64,000 bases of DNA from an uncultured Acidobacteriota bacterium (GCA_903847975.1 CAINFC010000322.1:12405-76404), one strand, 5' to 3'. Shown: positions 27,870-37,326, numbered from the stretch's first letter. A program made the numbers and translations. The notes: generated by a model from the letters alone, not told the origin.

Positions 27870-28967
27870 ATGAACGAGACGCAGGAAAAAACGACGATCA
27901 TGGTGGTCGACGACACGCCGACCAACCTGAACGTGCTGAGAGAAATGTTCGTCAGCCGGGATTACCGTGTTCTGATGTTTCCCAGCGGAAGCATGGTGCT
28001 CAAGGCCTTGAAAAAGAAAGTGCCGGACCTCATTCTGCTCGACGTCATGATGCCGGAGATGGACGGATTCGAAACCTGCCGGCTCATCAAGGAGAACGAA
28101 GCGCTGCGGGACATACCCGTCATTTTCATCAGCGCCCGTGACGACGAGGAAAGCAAGGTACGGGCCTTTTCCATGGGCGGCGTGGACTATGTGACCAAGC
28201 CGTTTCAATACGAGGAGGTCAATGCCCGGGTGGAGACGCACCTGCAGATGTTCCGGATGCGCCGGGAGCTGAAGCATTACAACCAGTGTCTGGAAAACCT
28301 GGTGAAGGAAAAGGTGAGGGAGATCTCCGACTCCCAGCTGTCCACGATCGCCGCCGTGTCGGTACTCGCCGAATCCCGGGACGACGACACCGGACACCAT
28401 ATCGAGCGGACCCGCACCTTCTGCCGGGTTCTGGCCACCAAACTGCGCGAGAATCCGCGCTATGCGCCGGGAATCTCGGATGCATTCGTGGAGACCATCT
28501 TTCAGGCTTCCCCCCTGCACGACATCGGCAAGGTCGGGATTGCCGATGCCATTCTGCTGAAGCCGGACAAGCTGACCCGGGAAGAGTTTGAAATCATGAA
28601 GACCCATACCCTGATCGGGGCCCGAACCCTGCAGACCGTTCGCCGGAAATACCCGGGCAACAGTTTTGTGAACATGGGCATCGCCATAACCCGCTCCCAT
28701 CATGAAAAGTGGGACGGCAGCGGCTACCCGGACGGCCTGGCCGGAGACGATATTCCGCTCAGCGCCCGCATCATGGCCCTCTGCGACGTCTATGACGCCC
28801 TGCGGTCCAGGCGCGTTTACAAGCAGCCCTATTCCCACAGCCGCAGCTCCGAACTGATCCGGGAGGGCTCCGGATCTCATTTCGATCCGGCGATCGTTCA
28901 GGCCTTCCTGCAGGTGGAAGCGGAATTTGCCCGGATCCGCGACGGGATGAGCGATGGCCTCGAATAG
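27870..28967 (+). CDS. Response regulator with HD-GYP domain (RpfG-type cyclic di-GMP phosphodiesterase)
   Basis: REC (VDD, LLDVMMP, TKPF); ESRDDDTGHHIER, PLHDIGK, HHEKWDGSGYP, DVYDAL; ATG 27870. Confidence 0.95.
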   Translation: MNETQEKTTIMVVDDTPTNLNVLREMFVSRDYRVLMFPSGSMVLKALKKKVPDLILLDVMMPEMDGFETCRLIKENEALRDIPVIFISARDDEESKVRAFSMGGVDYVTKPFQYEEVNARVETHLQMFRMRRELKHYNQCLENLVKEKVREISDSQLSTIAAVSVLAESRDDDTGHHIERTRTFCRVLATKLRENPRYAPGISDAFVETIFQASPLHDIGKVGIADAILLKPDKLTREEFEIMKTHTLIGARTLQTVRRKYPGNSFVNMGIAITRSHHEKWDGSGYPDGLAGDDIPLSARIMALCDVYDALRSRRVYKQPYSHSRSSELIREGSGSHFDPAIVQAFLQVEAEFARIRDGMSDGLE

Positions 28968-29016
28968 ACGGAAACATTGGCGGTTGCGGATTTAAATCGA
29001 AAGGAGGTCGATTGGC

Positions 29017-32000
29017 ATGACGAACGAAAAACAGGCCGGCTGCCCGGGCGAACCTGCCTTTGAGAATACGAGCGCGCCCCGCATGCCGGAGGAGGAGATT
29101 TTCGACAGCCGCACCTGCCTGCCCGCTTTTATCGCCCAGGCACCCGTGGCCCTCGCCATGTTCGACACCCGGATGCGCTATCTGAGCTTCAGCCGTCAAT
29201 GGGCGGCCCAGTTCGGCCTCGGAAACAAGGATTTGAACGGCCTTTGCCATTACGAAGTCATGCCGGAAACCCCGGAAGGGTGGAAAGAGAACCACCGGCG
29301 CGCCCTCGAGGGAGAAGTCGTGAAGACGGAGGAGGAGCGCTTCCCCAAAGCCGACGGCTCCGTGCTGTGGCTTCACGGGGAGGTCCGTCCCTGGCACGAC
29401 CGCCAGGGGCGGATTGGCGGCATCATCGTTTTCAGCGAGGAAATCACCCGGCGAAAAGCGGCGGAAGAAACCCTGCAGGAAAAGGAAAAGTTTTTCCGCC
29501 TCATGGCGGAAAACATCAACGATATCTTCTGGATCGCCAGCCCGCGGATGAAGTCGCTGGTCTATGTCAACCCCAGCTTCGAGAGAGTCTGGGGCCGTCC
29601 CCGTCAGCTGATATACGATTCCCCTGGGGTGTTCATGGACTGGATCCATCCGGAGGACAGGGAACTGGTGAGGGAGGATCTGGCCAGGGGACTCAGCGGC
29701 ACGACGCCCTACACCCACGCGTACCGTTTTCTCCGCCCGGATGGTACGGTCCGCTGGCTTGAAGCCTGCATTTACCCCATTTTCGACGATACCGGGCAAG
29801 TCTATCTGTATACCGGTACCGGCCGGGACATCACCGACCAGAAAGCGCTTTCCCTGGAACTGGAAGCCTACCGGAAAAACCTGGAGAAACTGGTCCGGCA
29901 GAGGACCGCCTCCCTGGAAGCAAGTGAAGCCAAGCTGCGGGCCATTGTGGATGCCATGCCGGACGTGGCCTTCCTGCTGGATGCCGGCGGCCGCTACCTG
30001 GAAGTTCTGACCTCCTCCCGCGAACTTCTCTATGTTCCGGAAGCCGAGCTGATTGGCCGCAGGGTTGCCGACCTGCTTCCGGAAGCGCAGGCGACACTAT
30101 TAGTCCAGACGATCGAAAAGACGCTGGCCACCCGGGATATCCAGACAGTGGAGTATTTCCTCCCCCTGGCCAAGGGAAAGTGCTGGTTCGAAGGGCGCTG
30201 CGTTCCGATCCTGTCCTCCTGGAGCGAGCAGGATGCCGGACTCGTTTTTTTTGTCGCCAGGGATATCACCTATCGAAAAAGGATTGAAGAGCTGGAGACC
30301 ATCCGGTTGAAATTCGTAGAGGCGGCGGTCAACCTGGCCGTCTCGGAAGAGGCATTGTCGCATTTTCTGGGAAGCACCTGTCTGACCCTGGGCTGGGATC
30401 TTGGCGAAATCTGGAGCTACAGCGCCCATAACGGGACTTTCCGGGTTCTTTGCATCTGGCAGCAGATCGGAACCCGGGCCAACGATTTTATGGAGGTGAC
30501 CGGACGCCAGAAATTCACACCGGGCGTCGGCCTGCCGGGAATTCTCGTTCAGTCGCGGGAGCCCATCTGGGTGGAAGACGTGACCGCGGATCCGAGGTTT
30601 ATACGCCAGTCGGCGGCCAGGAAGGCCGGGCTGCACACCGCCCTGGCCGTGCCCATCATCCTGGACCAGGAGGTGACCGGTGCCCTGATTCTCTACTGCT
30701 GCCGGATCATGGAAAGAGAAGAGGACCTGGTCCGGACCCTTTCCGAGCTGTGCAAGCAGATCGGGCAGCTGCTGGAGAAGAACCGGGCGGTGGAACAGCT
30801 GAAGGCTTCCAAGATTCAGTCCGAGTCCGCCAGCCGGGCCAAGTCCTCCTTTCTGGCCAATATGTCGCACGAGATCCGCACCCCCATGAATGCCATCCTC
30901 GGTTTTACCCAGGTCCTGCTGCGGGATGCCGTCTTCACGCCGAGGCAGCTTCAGCTTCTTCGGATTATCGAGCAGTCCGGCACGCACTTGATGAACCTGA
31001 TCAACAATATCCTGGACCTTTCCAAGATTGAAAGCGGCAAAATCGTTCTGGACCAGCGCGAGTTCAGCCTGCGGGGCCTCCTGGAGAGCATCGATGTCCT
31101 TTTCCGGGCGCAGGCCCAGGGAAAAGGACTGGACCTGCACACCCGGATCGACCCGGACCTCCCCCCGTTTGTCCTGGGGGACGAAGGCAAACTCCGCCAG
31201 ATTCTGAACAACCTGCTGAGCAACGCCATCAAGTTCACCGCCCAGGGGCGGGTGAGCCTGCAGGTAAATTCCGACCTTCTGCTGCAGCTGGATCCGGCGG
31301 AAGAAGGAAAAGTCCGCCTGAACTTCTGTGTCGAAGACTCGGGGCCCGGAATCAGCCAGGGGGACCTGGAAAGAATATTCCATCCCTTCGAACAGTCCCA
31401 GGCAGGCTTCGACTATGGCGGAAGCGGGCTGGGGCTCACCATCGCCCGGGAATTTGTACAGCTCATGGGCGGCGATCTGGCCGTGTCCAGCTCGCTTGGG
31501 CAGGGGAGCCGCTTCGACTTTCACGTGCTGGTCCGGAAGAGCGATCATTCGGAAAAAGAAAGGATTTCCGGCGGCCGGCAGATCCTGCGGCTTCGGGCCG
31601 GAACGGAGCCTTTGTCGGTCCTGGTGGCCGACGACAGTGCCGACAACAGACTGTATATCCGGGAGCTGCTGGTGGGGATCGGAATCAGCGTCTTCGAGGC
31701 AGAGAACGGCATGGAGGCCCTGGATGCCGTCGAGCAGCTGTCGTTTCACGCGGTGCTGCTGGATATCCGCATGCCCGTCATGGACGGGTATGAAGTCATC
31801 GCCCGGATAAGGGCTTCGGACCGGGGGAAAAACCTGCCGATCATCGCCGTCACCGCCAGCGCCTTCCGTGAAGAAGAGGAGAAGGCTGTCCGGACCGGCG
31901 CCAACGCCTATCTGCGCAAGCCGTTCCGGCCGGTTGAGCTCTACGATATCCTCGGCCAACAGCTCGGCCTGACCTATGAATATGCCGCCGAATCCCGGCT

Positions 32001-32229
32001 TGCCGACAGTGCCCAAAGCGATAACCGCCCTGCGGTTCCCATACCCGAAGATCTGCGGGAGAAGATAGCGGCTACGGTGGAGGAGGGGGATATCGTTCGT
32101 TTGAAGGAACTGATCGCGCTGGTGGGCGGCTATGATCGCACCGCGGAAATAAATCTTCAGTCTCTGGCCGACCAGTTCGATTACCATTCCATTCTGAAAT
32201 GGATCACGAAAAACAGGCAGGTATCATGA
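29017..32229 (+). CDS. Hybrid sensor histidine kinase (PAS x3, GAF, HisKA, HATPase, REC)
   Basis: [49 protein letters not shown]; PAS and GAF motifs upstream. Confidence 0.96.
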   Translation: MTNEKQAGCPGEPAFENTSAPRMPEEEIFDSRTCLPAFIAQAPVALAMFDTRMRYLSFSRQWAAQFGLGNKDLNGLCHYEVMPETPEGWKENHRRALEGEVVKTEEERFPKADGSVLWLHGEVRPWHDRQGRIGGIIVFSEEITRRKAAEETLQEKEKFFRLMAENINDIFWIASPRMKSLVYVNPSFERVWGRPRQLIYDSPGVFMDWIHPEDRELVREDLARGLSGTTPYTHAYRFLRPDGTVRWLEACIYPIFDDTGQVYLYTGTGRDITDQKALSLELEAYRKNLEKLVRQRTASLEASEAKLRAIVDAMPDVAFLLDAGGRYLEVLTSSRELLYVPEAELIGRRVADLLPEAQATLLVQTIEKTLATRDIQTVEYFLPLAKGKCWFEGRCVPILSSWSEQDAGLVFFVARDITYRKRIEELETIRLKFVEAAVNLAVSEEALSHFLGSTCLTLGWDLGEIWSYSAHNGTFRVLCIWQQIGTRANDFMEVTGRQKFTPGVGLPGILVQSREPIWVEDVTADPRFIRQSAARKAGLHTALAVPIILDQEVTGALILYCCRIMEREEDLVRTLSELCKQIGQLLEKNRAVEQLKASKIQSESASRAKSSFLANMSHEIRTPMNAILGFTQVLLRDAVFTPRQLQLLRIIEQSGTHLMNLINNILDLSKIESGKIVLDQREFSLRGLLESIDVLFRAQAQGKGLDLHTRIDPDLPPFVLGDEGKLRQILNNLLSNAIKFTAQGRVSLQVNSDLLLQLDPAEEGKVRLNFCVEDSGPGISQGDLERIFHPFEQSQAGFDYGGSGLGLTIAREFVQLMGGDLAVSSSLGQGSRFDFHVLVRKSDHSEKERISGGRQILRLRAGTEPLSVLVADDSADNRLYIRELLVGIGISVFEAENGMEALDAVEQLSFHAVLLDIRMPVMDGYEVIARIRASDRGKNLPIIAVTASAFREEEEKAVRTGANAYLRKPFRPVELYDILGQQLGLTYEYAAESRLADSAQSDNRPAVPIPEDLREKIAATVEEGDIVRLKELIALVGGYDRTAEINLQSLADQFDYHSILKWITKNRQVS

Positions 32230-33416
32230 GCGAAACAGACTACAAGGGATCCCTGATGATTGTGGATGATGTCCCGGAAAACCTGAGAATCCTCCAGGAA
32301 ATGCTCTCTTCCAGTGGATACAGAATCCTGATGTTCCCCAGCGGAAAAATGGCCTTGAACGCCATAGCGAGGCACAAGCCGGACCTTCTCCTGCTGGATA
32401 TCATGATGCCGGAAATGGACGGCTTTGCGATGCTGCGCTCTCTGCGTGAAATGGAAGGGTGCGGCGATCTTCCGGTCATTTTCATCAGCGCCCTGGGCGA
32501 AACACACAGCAAGGTGCGGGCTTTCCGGATGGGGGGAGTGGATTACATAACCAAGCCGTTTCAGCATGAGGAGGTGCTGGCCCGCGTGGAGACCCACCTG
32601 AGCCTGCGCCGGATGCGCGCGGAGCTGCAGGAGCACAACCATCGGCTGGAGGAGCTGGTCCGCGAGAAGGTGCAGGAGCTGGAAGTTGCCTATGACCGGC
32701 TTCGCGCCATCGATCGGGCCAAGAACGATTACCTGTCGGCCATCTCCCATGAAATCCGGACTCCGGTCAACGGGCTTTTAGGCATTGCCGACCTCGCTCT
32801 TTCGGAGCTCCCGGACGAAGAGCTGAAGGAGTCCCTGCTGCCCTGCTATGAAACCACGAGGGAACGGATCATGGACGCCATTGACGGATCCATGAAACTC
32901 CTGGAGCTGCAGGAAAAAGGCCTGATCGTCGAAACCACGCCCATCGACCTTCCTCCCCTGGTGGAAAAGGCGCGCTCCTCGCTCGCCGGGTTTTATTCGG
33001 AGAAGCGGCTTTCGCTTGCGGTGGCCGGCCCCGGACCCGCCCGCGTTCTGGGAAATCGCGACCTGATCCTGCAAAGCGTCCTCACCCTGCTTCGCGCCAG
33101 CGGACTGATGGCCCACCCCGGTTCGACTATCGACATGCGCTACCGTTCGGAAGGGGAGAGGGTCGCCATGGAAATGGACTTTCCCGCCCTGGCCCTCTCC
33201 GAAGGGCTGCAGCGGACTTTTTTTGATGTTTTCTCCCCGGAGCGGACCTCCTCGCTCGTCGAGAGCCTGGGCTTCTCCGTCCCCCTGTCGGCGGCTCTGC
33301 TGCAGGCCATGGGGTGCGGAATACGGATCGGGAATACCGGAACGGGGATCGTCATCGGCGTCTCCTTTCCCCGGGCGGAGCCCGGAAGCCGGGAAACGGA
33401 GCCGGGGAGCGTATGA
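32226..33416 (+). CDS. REC + HisKA protein with a degenerate HATPase domain
   Basis: ATGA overlap with the kinase gene; REC intact; SHEIRTPVN intact; N, G1 and G2 boxes not recognisable. Confidence 0.88.
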   Translation: MSETDYKGSLMIVDDVPENLRILQEMLSSSGYRILMFPSGKMALNAIARHKPDLLLLDIMMPEMDGFAMLRSLREMEGCGDLPVIFISALGETHSKVRAFRMGGVDYITKPFQHEEVLARVETHLSLRRMRAELQEHNHRLEELVREKVQELEVAYDRLRAIDRAKNDYLSAISHEIRTPVNGLLGIADLALSELPDEELKESLLPCYETTRERIMDAIDGSMKLLELQEKGLIVETTPIDLPPLVEKARSSLAGFYSEKRLSLAVAGPGPARVLGNRDLILQSVLTLLRASGLMAHPGSTIDMRYRSEGERVAMEMDFPALALSEGLQRTFFDVFSPERTSSLVESLGFSVPLSAALLQAMGCGIRIGNTGTGIVIGVSFPRAEPGSRETEPGSV

Positions 33417-33925
33417 AACGGACTATTGCCGGAATCCACAGCGGGGAAGGCGGGAAGGCGGATCGGGAGGCGCGCCGCATGCGGGACCTGCTGCTGCGGC
33501 GGGATTTCCTGCGGAGCGGCCTGGGTTTGACCGGCGTTTATCCCCTGTGCTGCCTGTCCCCGGAACTGCCGCCGTCGGCGGTCCTCTGGGAAAAAGACAG
33601 GCTGCTGCTGGATCTCACGGCGGCCGCTCCCCTCAAGCGGATCGGGTCCGCGGCATCCGTCGCGGATCCGGCGCGGAAAGTCAACCTGCTGGTGATCCGC
33701 AGCGGGAAGAACCAGTTTGCGGCCCTCGACCGGACCTGTACCCACGGCGGGGCGATGTGCGCCTACCAGCACCGCACCCGCACCCTGCGCTGCACCAGCC
33801 TGAACCACGCGGAATACGATCTGCAGGGTACTCTATTGCACGGGCGCACCCACGGGAACCTGCGCAGCTATCCCGTGCGGAGAAAGGGGAAGACCCTGGA
33901 GATCCTCCTGGAGGGGCGCGGGTGA
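33413..33925 (+). CDS. Rieske [2Fe-2S]-like protein with an internal twin-arginine-like motif
   Basis: ATGA overlap; RRDFLRSGLG; ALDRTCTHGG box 1; atypical box 2 CTSLNHAEYD; NLRSYPV. Confidence 0.8.
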   Translation: MKRTIAGIHSGEGGKADREARRMRDLLLRRDFLRSGLGLTGVYPLCCLSPELPPSAVLWEKDRLLLDLTAAAPLKRIGSAASVADPARKVNLLVIRSGKNQFAALDRTCTHGGAMCAYQHRTRTLRCTSLNHAEYDLQGTLLHGRTHGNLRSYPVRRKGKTLEILLEGRG

Positions 33926-34602
33926 AAAGATTCCGCATTTTTGCATGGATGTTGTTTCTGGCTCCGCTCCATGGAGCCGACTTCCAGCCGGTGCCCGTCG
34001 GTGCCGGTTCTCCGGTGTACCGGATGAGTCGGACCGAAGTCACCGTCCGGCAGTTCCGGGCCTTCGTGGAGGCTACCGGCTACCGGACGGCAGCGGAAAA
34101 AGCCGGTGCGGCGCGCACCTGGAAGGCCCCGGGATTCGCGGTTCTGCCGGAGCAGCCGGTGGTGTACGTTACCTTCCGGGATGCGGAGTGCTACTGCCGA
34201 TGGGTGGGGGGGCGCCTGCCGACGGATGCGGAGTGGGAATATGCCGCCCGTGCCGGTGCCGCCGGCCGCCATTACTGGGGGGAGAAGATCGACGGACGCT
34301 ATCTCTGGTTTCGCGGCAATTCCGGCGGCCGCCCGCAGCCGGTGGCCCGGAAGCGGCCGAACCGCTGGGGCTTTCACGACATGGAAGGGAATGTCTGGGA
34401 GTGGACCCGCTCGGACCAGGAAAGCGGGGAGGAGACGGGAAACCGCAGGGGCGGGAGCTGGGTCGATTGCGAAAACATCGACGGCGGGCCGGGGCGCAAT
34501 CCCTCGCCGCTCATCGGGCTTTCGACGTTCTTCCGGATTCCGGTCCGGCTGGAGCACCGCTACGACGACATCGGCTTCCGCTGCGTGCGGTCCGGGCCCT
34601 GA
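33922..34602 (+). CDS. FGE-sulfatase (SUMF1/EgtB/PvdO) fold protein, secreted
   Basis: GTGA overlap; TEVTVRQF, PVVYVTF.DA..YC.W.GGRLPTDAEWEYAAR, PN.WG.HDMEGNVWEW, RGGSW, IGFRC. Confidence 0.9.
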   Translation: MKRFRIFAWMLFLAPLHGADFQPVPVGAGSPVYRMSRTEVTVRQFRAFVEATGYRTAAEKAGAARTWKAPGFAVLPEQPVVYVTFRDAECYCRWVGGRLPTDAEWEYAARAGAAGRHYWGEKIDGRYLWFRGNSGGRPQPVARKRPNRWGFHDMEGNVWEWTRSDQESGEETGNRRGGSWVDCENIDGGPGRNPSPLIGLSTFFRIPVRLEHRYDDIGFRCVRSGP

Positions 34603-34641
34603 GCGCCGTGCGGCCGGGCAACATACCGTTTCGTCCTGTCG

Positions 34642-34815
34642 GATAACCCGGCAAAAGCTCCGTCTCCGGGTGACAGACCCTTCCGCTTTTCTTCCCGCTC
34701 TTCCTTATCTTCCTGTAATCCCTGTCTGTTCACAGGAAGACGGGAAGATCAGGAAGGAAGAAAGAAGCCATCCGTGTATTTGGGAAGGGAAAACGGATCT
34801 CTCGCACCCTTATCA
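34642..34815 (+). mobile_element. Miniature inverted-repeat element, family A, copy 3
   Basis: GATAACCCGGCAAAAGCTC left end; pyrimidine tract then purine tract core matching the copies at 26852 and 27547. Confidence 0.7.
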
Positions 34816-34863
34816 AAGAAGCGGCAAAAAGTATTGGGAAGCCCGGAAGGGGCGGAATGATTC

Positions 34864-35013
34864 CAGCCCGGGGTGAAGCCCCGGGAAGCGATGTTGTATT
34901 GCATGTCGAGCCCTGTAAGGGCGGCCTAAAACGAACGAGCAATAGGATATAGGTCGCCCCTACAGGGCTCCGATTTCCGAATGCCATCATTCCCGGGGCT
35001 TCGCCCCGGGCTG
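34864..35013. repeat. REPIN-like element, family C, copy 1
   Basis: 24 bp outer IR (CAGCCCGGGGTGAAGCCCCGGGAA / TTCCCGGGGCTTCGCCCCGGGCTG, 1 mismatch) and 21 bp inner IR (34908-34928 / 34950-34970). Confidence 0.8.
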
Positions 35014-35065
35014 AGGATATTTGAGGCTTTCCGATTCCTTTCTTTCGATGGCGACGGCCAGGTCC

Positions 35066-35809
35066 TCAGCGGCGGCTCCATAGCTTTCTTCCGCCCTGGT
35101 CGTAGATGACCCGCATCGTCCGCCCGTCCTCGGTCATGCCGTAGGTGCCGACGCGGACCCAGTCCCCGCTGCTCCGGGCGACAAACAGCACACCGTTTTG
35201 AGCGCGCCACCGTCCGCGCTCCGCGCTGCCCCCGGGACCCCCGTCATAGGACCAGTCGGTCCCGCCGGCCACGCTTCGGCCCTTGGCATATACAAAGGTT
35301 CCGTCGGCACGAAAAGAAATCCGCTCCTCGGAGGCCATCGAAGCGCTGCCGCTGACGATGACGTCCTGGTACGACCAGTCTCCCACCAGGCGGGGATCTC
35401 CGGCTACGTCCCCGGCCGAAGGCGATGCGGGAGGGACAACCGGTGGAGGGGCCGCCGCGGCGGCCCCCGCCCGGCGGAACTCCATCGGAAGGGAGCCGGC
35501 GCGCTGCTGCGGTCCATCCTCCTGCGAAAGCGTGAGACGAAGCACGTCCCCGCTCAGGGCGATGGCAAAGGACCCTTCGCCGCCGGAGGAGACCGCCCGG
35601 CCGCTGGCTTTGTCGCCGGAAACGGTGCCGGACAGAGTGGCTGCCGTCTGGCCCTGGGCTTCGAGAGCCCCGGTGAGGGCCGTGCCCTTCACCTCGAGGC
35701 GAAGGGTCACGATCCCTCCCGGAAGGCTGAGTTGATAGGTTCCCGCAAGGCCGGGGGCCTGGGCTTGAGCCGCCGCGAAGAGGCTCACAACGAATAGCAG
35801 AAATATCAT
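35066..35809 (-). CDS. Secreted hypothetical protein, two beta domains (C-terminal lipocalin-like) joined by an Ala/Pro linker
   Basis: Signal MIFLLFVVSLFAAAQA from ATG 35809; LAGTY and LVGDW barrel-start motifs. Confidence 0.65.
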   Translation of the reverse strand: MIFLLFVVSLFAAAQAQAPGLAGTYQLSLPGGIVTLRLEVKGTALTGALEAQGQTAATLSGTVSGDKASGRAVSSGGEGSFAIALSGDVLRLTLSQEDGPQQRAGSLPMEFRRAGAAAAAPPPVVPPASPSAGDVAGDPRLVGDWSYQDVIVSGSASMASEERISFRADGTFVYAKGRSVAGGTDWSYDGGPGGSAERGRWRAQNGVLFVARSSGDWVRVGTYGMTEDGRTMRVIYDQGGRKLWSRR

Positions 35810-36030
35810 AGGAGACTCCTGTTCTGTTTTACAAATATCCAGAGGAGAATACCTGCGGATCCGGCTGAAAGCAAGGAGCCCCGGTTCCGTACCCCGGCCG
35901 GCGTATGAAAAACCAGGGAGCCGTTTGCGGAAATGAACGGTGCCGTCCCAGAAGCGGACACTCTTTCCCCCGGAAAAGAGGCCTCCGCTGTCCGGGGGGC
36001 TGTAAAATGCGGCTTCCGGGTGTCGTGCCT

Positions 36031-36047
36031 CTGGCACGCGTTTTGCA
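36031..36047 (+). promoter_or_regulatory. Sigma54 (RpoN) -24/-12 promoter
   Basis: CTGGCACGCGTTTTGCA = TGGCAC-N5-TTGCA, GG-N10-GC spacing, 25 bp upstream of the adaptor ATG. Confidence 0.85.
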
Positions 36048-36072
36048 AACTCGGAAGCACGAGGTGAACATT

Positions 36073-37326
36073 ATGGATATTCAGCGAAAGGTGAATCCCA
36101 GAAAAAAGTGGTACCGCTGGACGGCCACAGTCCTGATAGCCCTGGGTGTCGTCGGTGGGGTGACCTGGGCTCTGGCCCGCCTGAAGCCGGCGGCCCCTTC
36201 GGTGGACCGCGGCTCCGCCTGGACCGATACGGTCAAGAGGGGCCCGATGATCCGCCAGGTCCATGGGGTCGGCACGCTGGTTCCCGAGGAGCTGATGTGG
36301 GTTCCGGCGGTTACCAACGGAAGGGTCGAAAGAATCCTGATGCGGCCCGGAGCCAAAGTCAGCCGGAACACGGTGCTGCTGGTCCTGACCGATCCGGCCC
36401 TGAAGCTGGCGGCCCTGGAGGCCGATTTCCAGGTCAAAGCCGCGGAAGCACGGCTGCAGGACCTGCACATCCAGCTGAAGAGCCAGAACCTGACCCAGCA
36501 GTCGGCGGTGGCTCGCATAACCACCGAGTACGAGCAGGCCCGGCTGCGGGCCGACCGCAATGCGCTGCTGGCCAAGGACGGGCTGCTGGCGGATATCGAC
36601 CTGCGCGTGGCGCAGTCTACGGCCGATCAGCTGGAGAGGAACCGGCGCATCGAGCAGGAGCGGCTGGAGATCCAGCAGGAAGCCATCCAGGCCCAGCTGG
36701 CGGTGCAGCGGGCGGAGGTGGAGCGCCTCAAGGCCCTGGCCGAGCTTCGCCGCAGCGAAGTGGCCCAGCTCGAAGTCCGGGCGGGAACCGAGGGCGTGCT
36801 GCAGGAGATGCCGGTACAGGTGGGGCAGCCGGTCAGCCCCGGGACCATCCTGGCCAAGGTGGCGCAGCCGGAGCGCCTGATGGCCGAGCTGAAAATCCCG
36901 GAGACCCAGGCCAAGGATGTGGCCGTCGGCCAGCAGGTGGCCGTCGATACCCGCAACGGAATCATCCCCGGGCGGGTGGCGCGCATCGATCCGGCGGTCA
37001 AGGAATCGACGGTCACCGTGGACGTGAAGCTGGAAGGCCAGCTGCCCTCCGGGGCGCGCCCGGACCTGAACGTGGACGGGACCATAGAGATTGAGCGATT
37101 GAGCGATGTGATTTATATCGGGCGGCCGGTATTCGGGCAGCCCAACAGCACGGCGCGCATCTTCCGCCTGGAAGCCGACGGAAAAACCGCGGTCCGGATC
37201 CAGGTCGAGTTCGGCCGCAGTTCGGTTAACACCATGGAAGTAGTTCGCGGGCTGAGCGTCGGCGAGACGGTCATCCTGTCCGACATGACCGCCTGGGATG
37301 CGCACGACCGCGTGGTTCTGCGCTGA
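36073..37326 (+). CDS. Efflux periplasmic adaptor subunit (HlyD/MacA-like)
   Basis: GAGGTG RBS, ATG 36073; N-terminal TM; long coiled-coil hairpin; lipoyl halves (GRVERI, VRAGTEGVL). Confidence 0.93.
   Translation: MDIQRKVNPRKKWYRWTATVLIALGVVGGVTWALARLKPAAPSVDRGSAWTDTVKRGPMIRQVHGVGTLVPEELMWVPAVTNGRVERILMRPGAKVSRNTVLLVLTDPALKLAALEADFQVKAAEARLQDLHIQLKSQNLTQQSAVARITTEYEQARLRADRNALLAKDGLLADIDLRVAQSTADQLERNRRIEQERLEIQQEAIQAQLAVQRAEVERLKALAELRRSEVAQLEVRAGTEGVLQEMPVQVGQPVSPGTILAKVAQPERLMAELKIPETQAKDVAVGQQVAVDTRNGIIPGRVARIDPAVKESTVTVDVKLEGQLPSGARPDLNVDGTIEIERLSDVIYIGRPVFGQPNSTARIFRLEADGKTAVRIQVEFGRSSVNTMEVVRGLSVGETVILSDMTAWDAHDRVVLR

Noticed and set aside
33223-33921. N-terminal 233 aa extension of the FGE-fold ORF given in the track
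   Set aside because: Overlaps the pseudokinase and Rieske genes in another frame; the GTG at 33922 gives a signal peptide and a normal stop/start overlap
33922-34602. FGE-type C-lectin fold protein as a diversity-generating retroelement target
   Set aside because: No reverse transcriptase and no near-duplicate template repeat of its 3' end in the window
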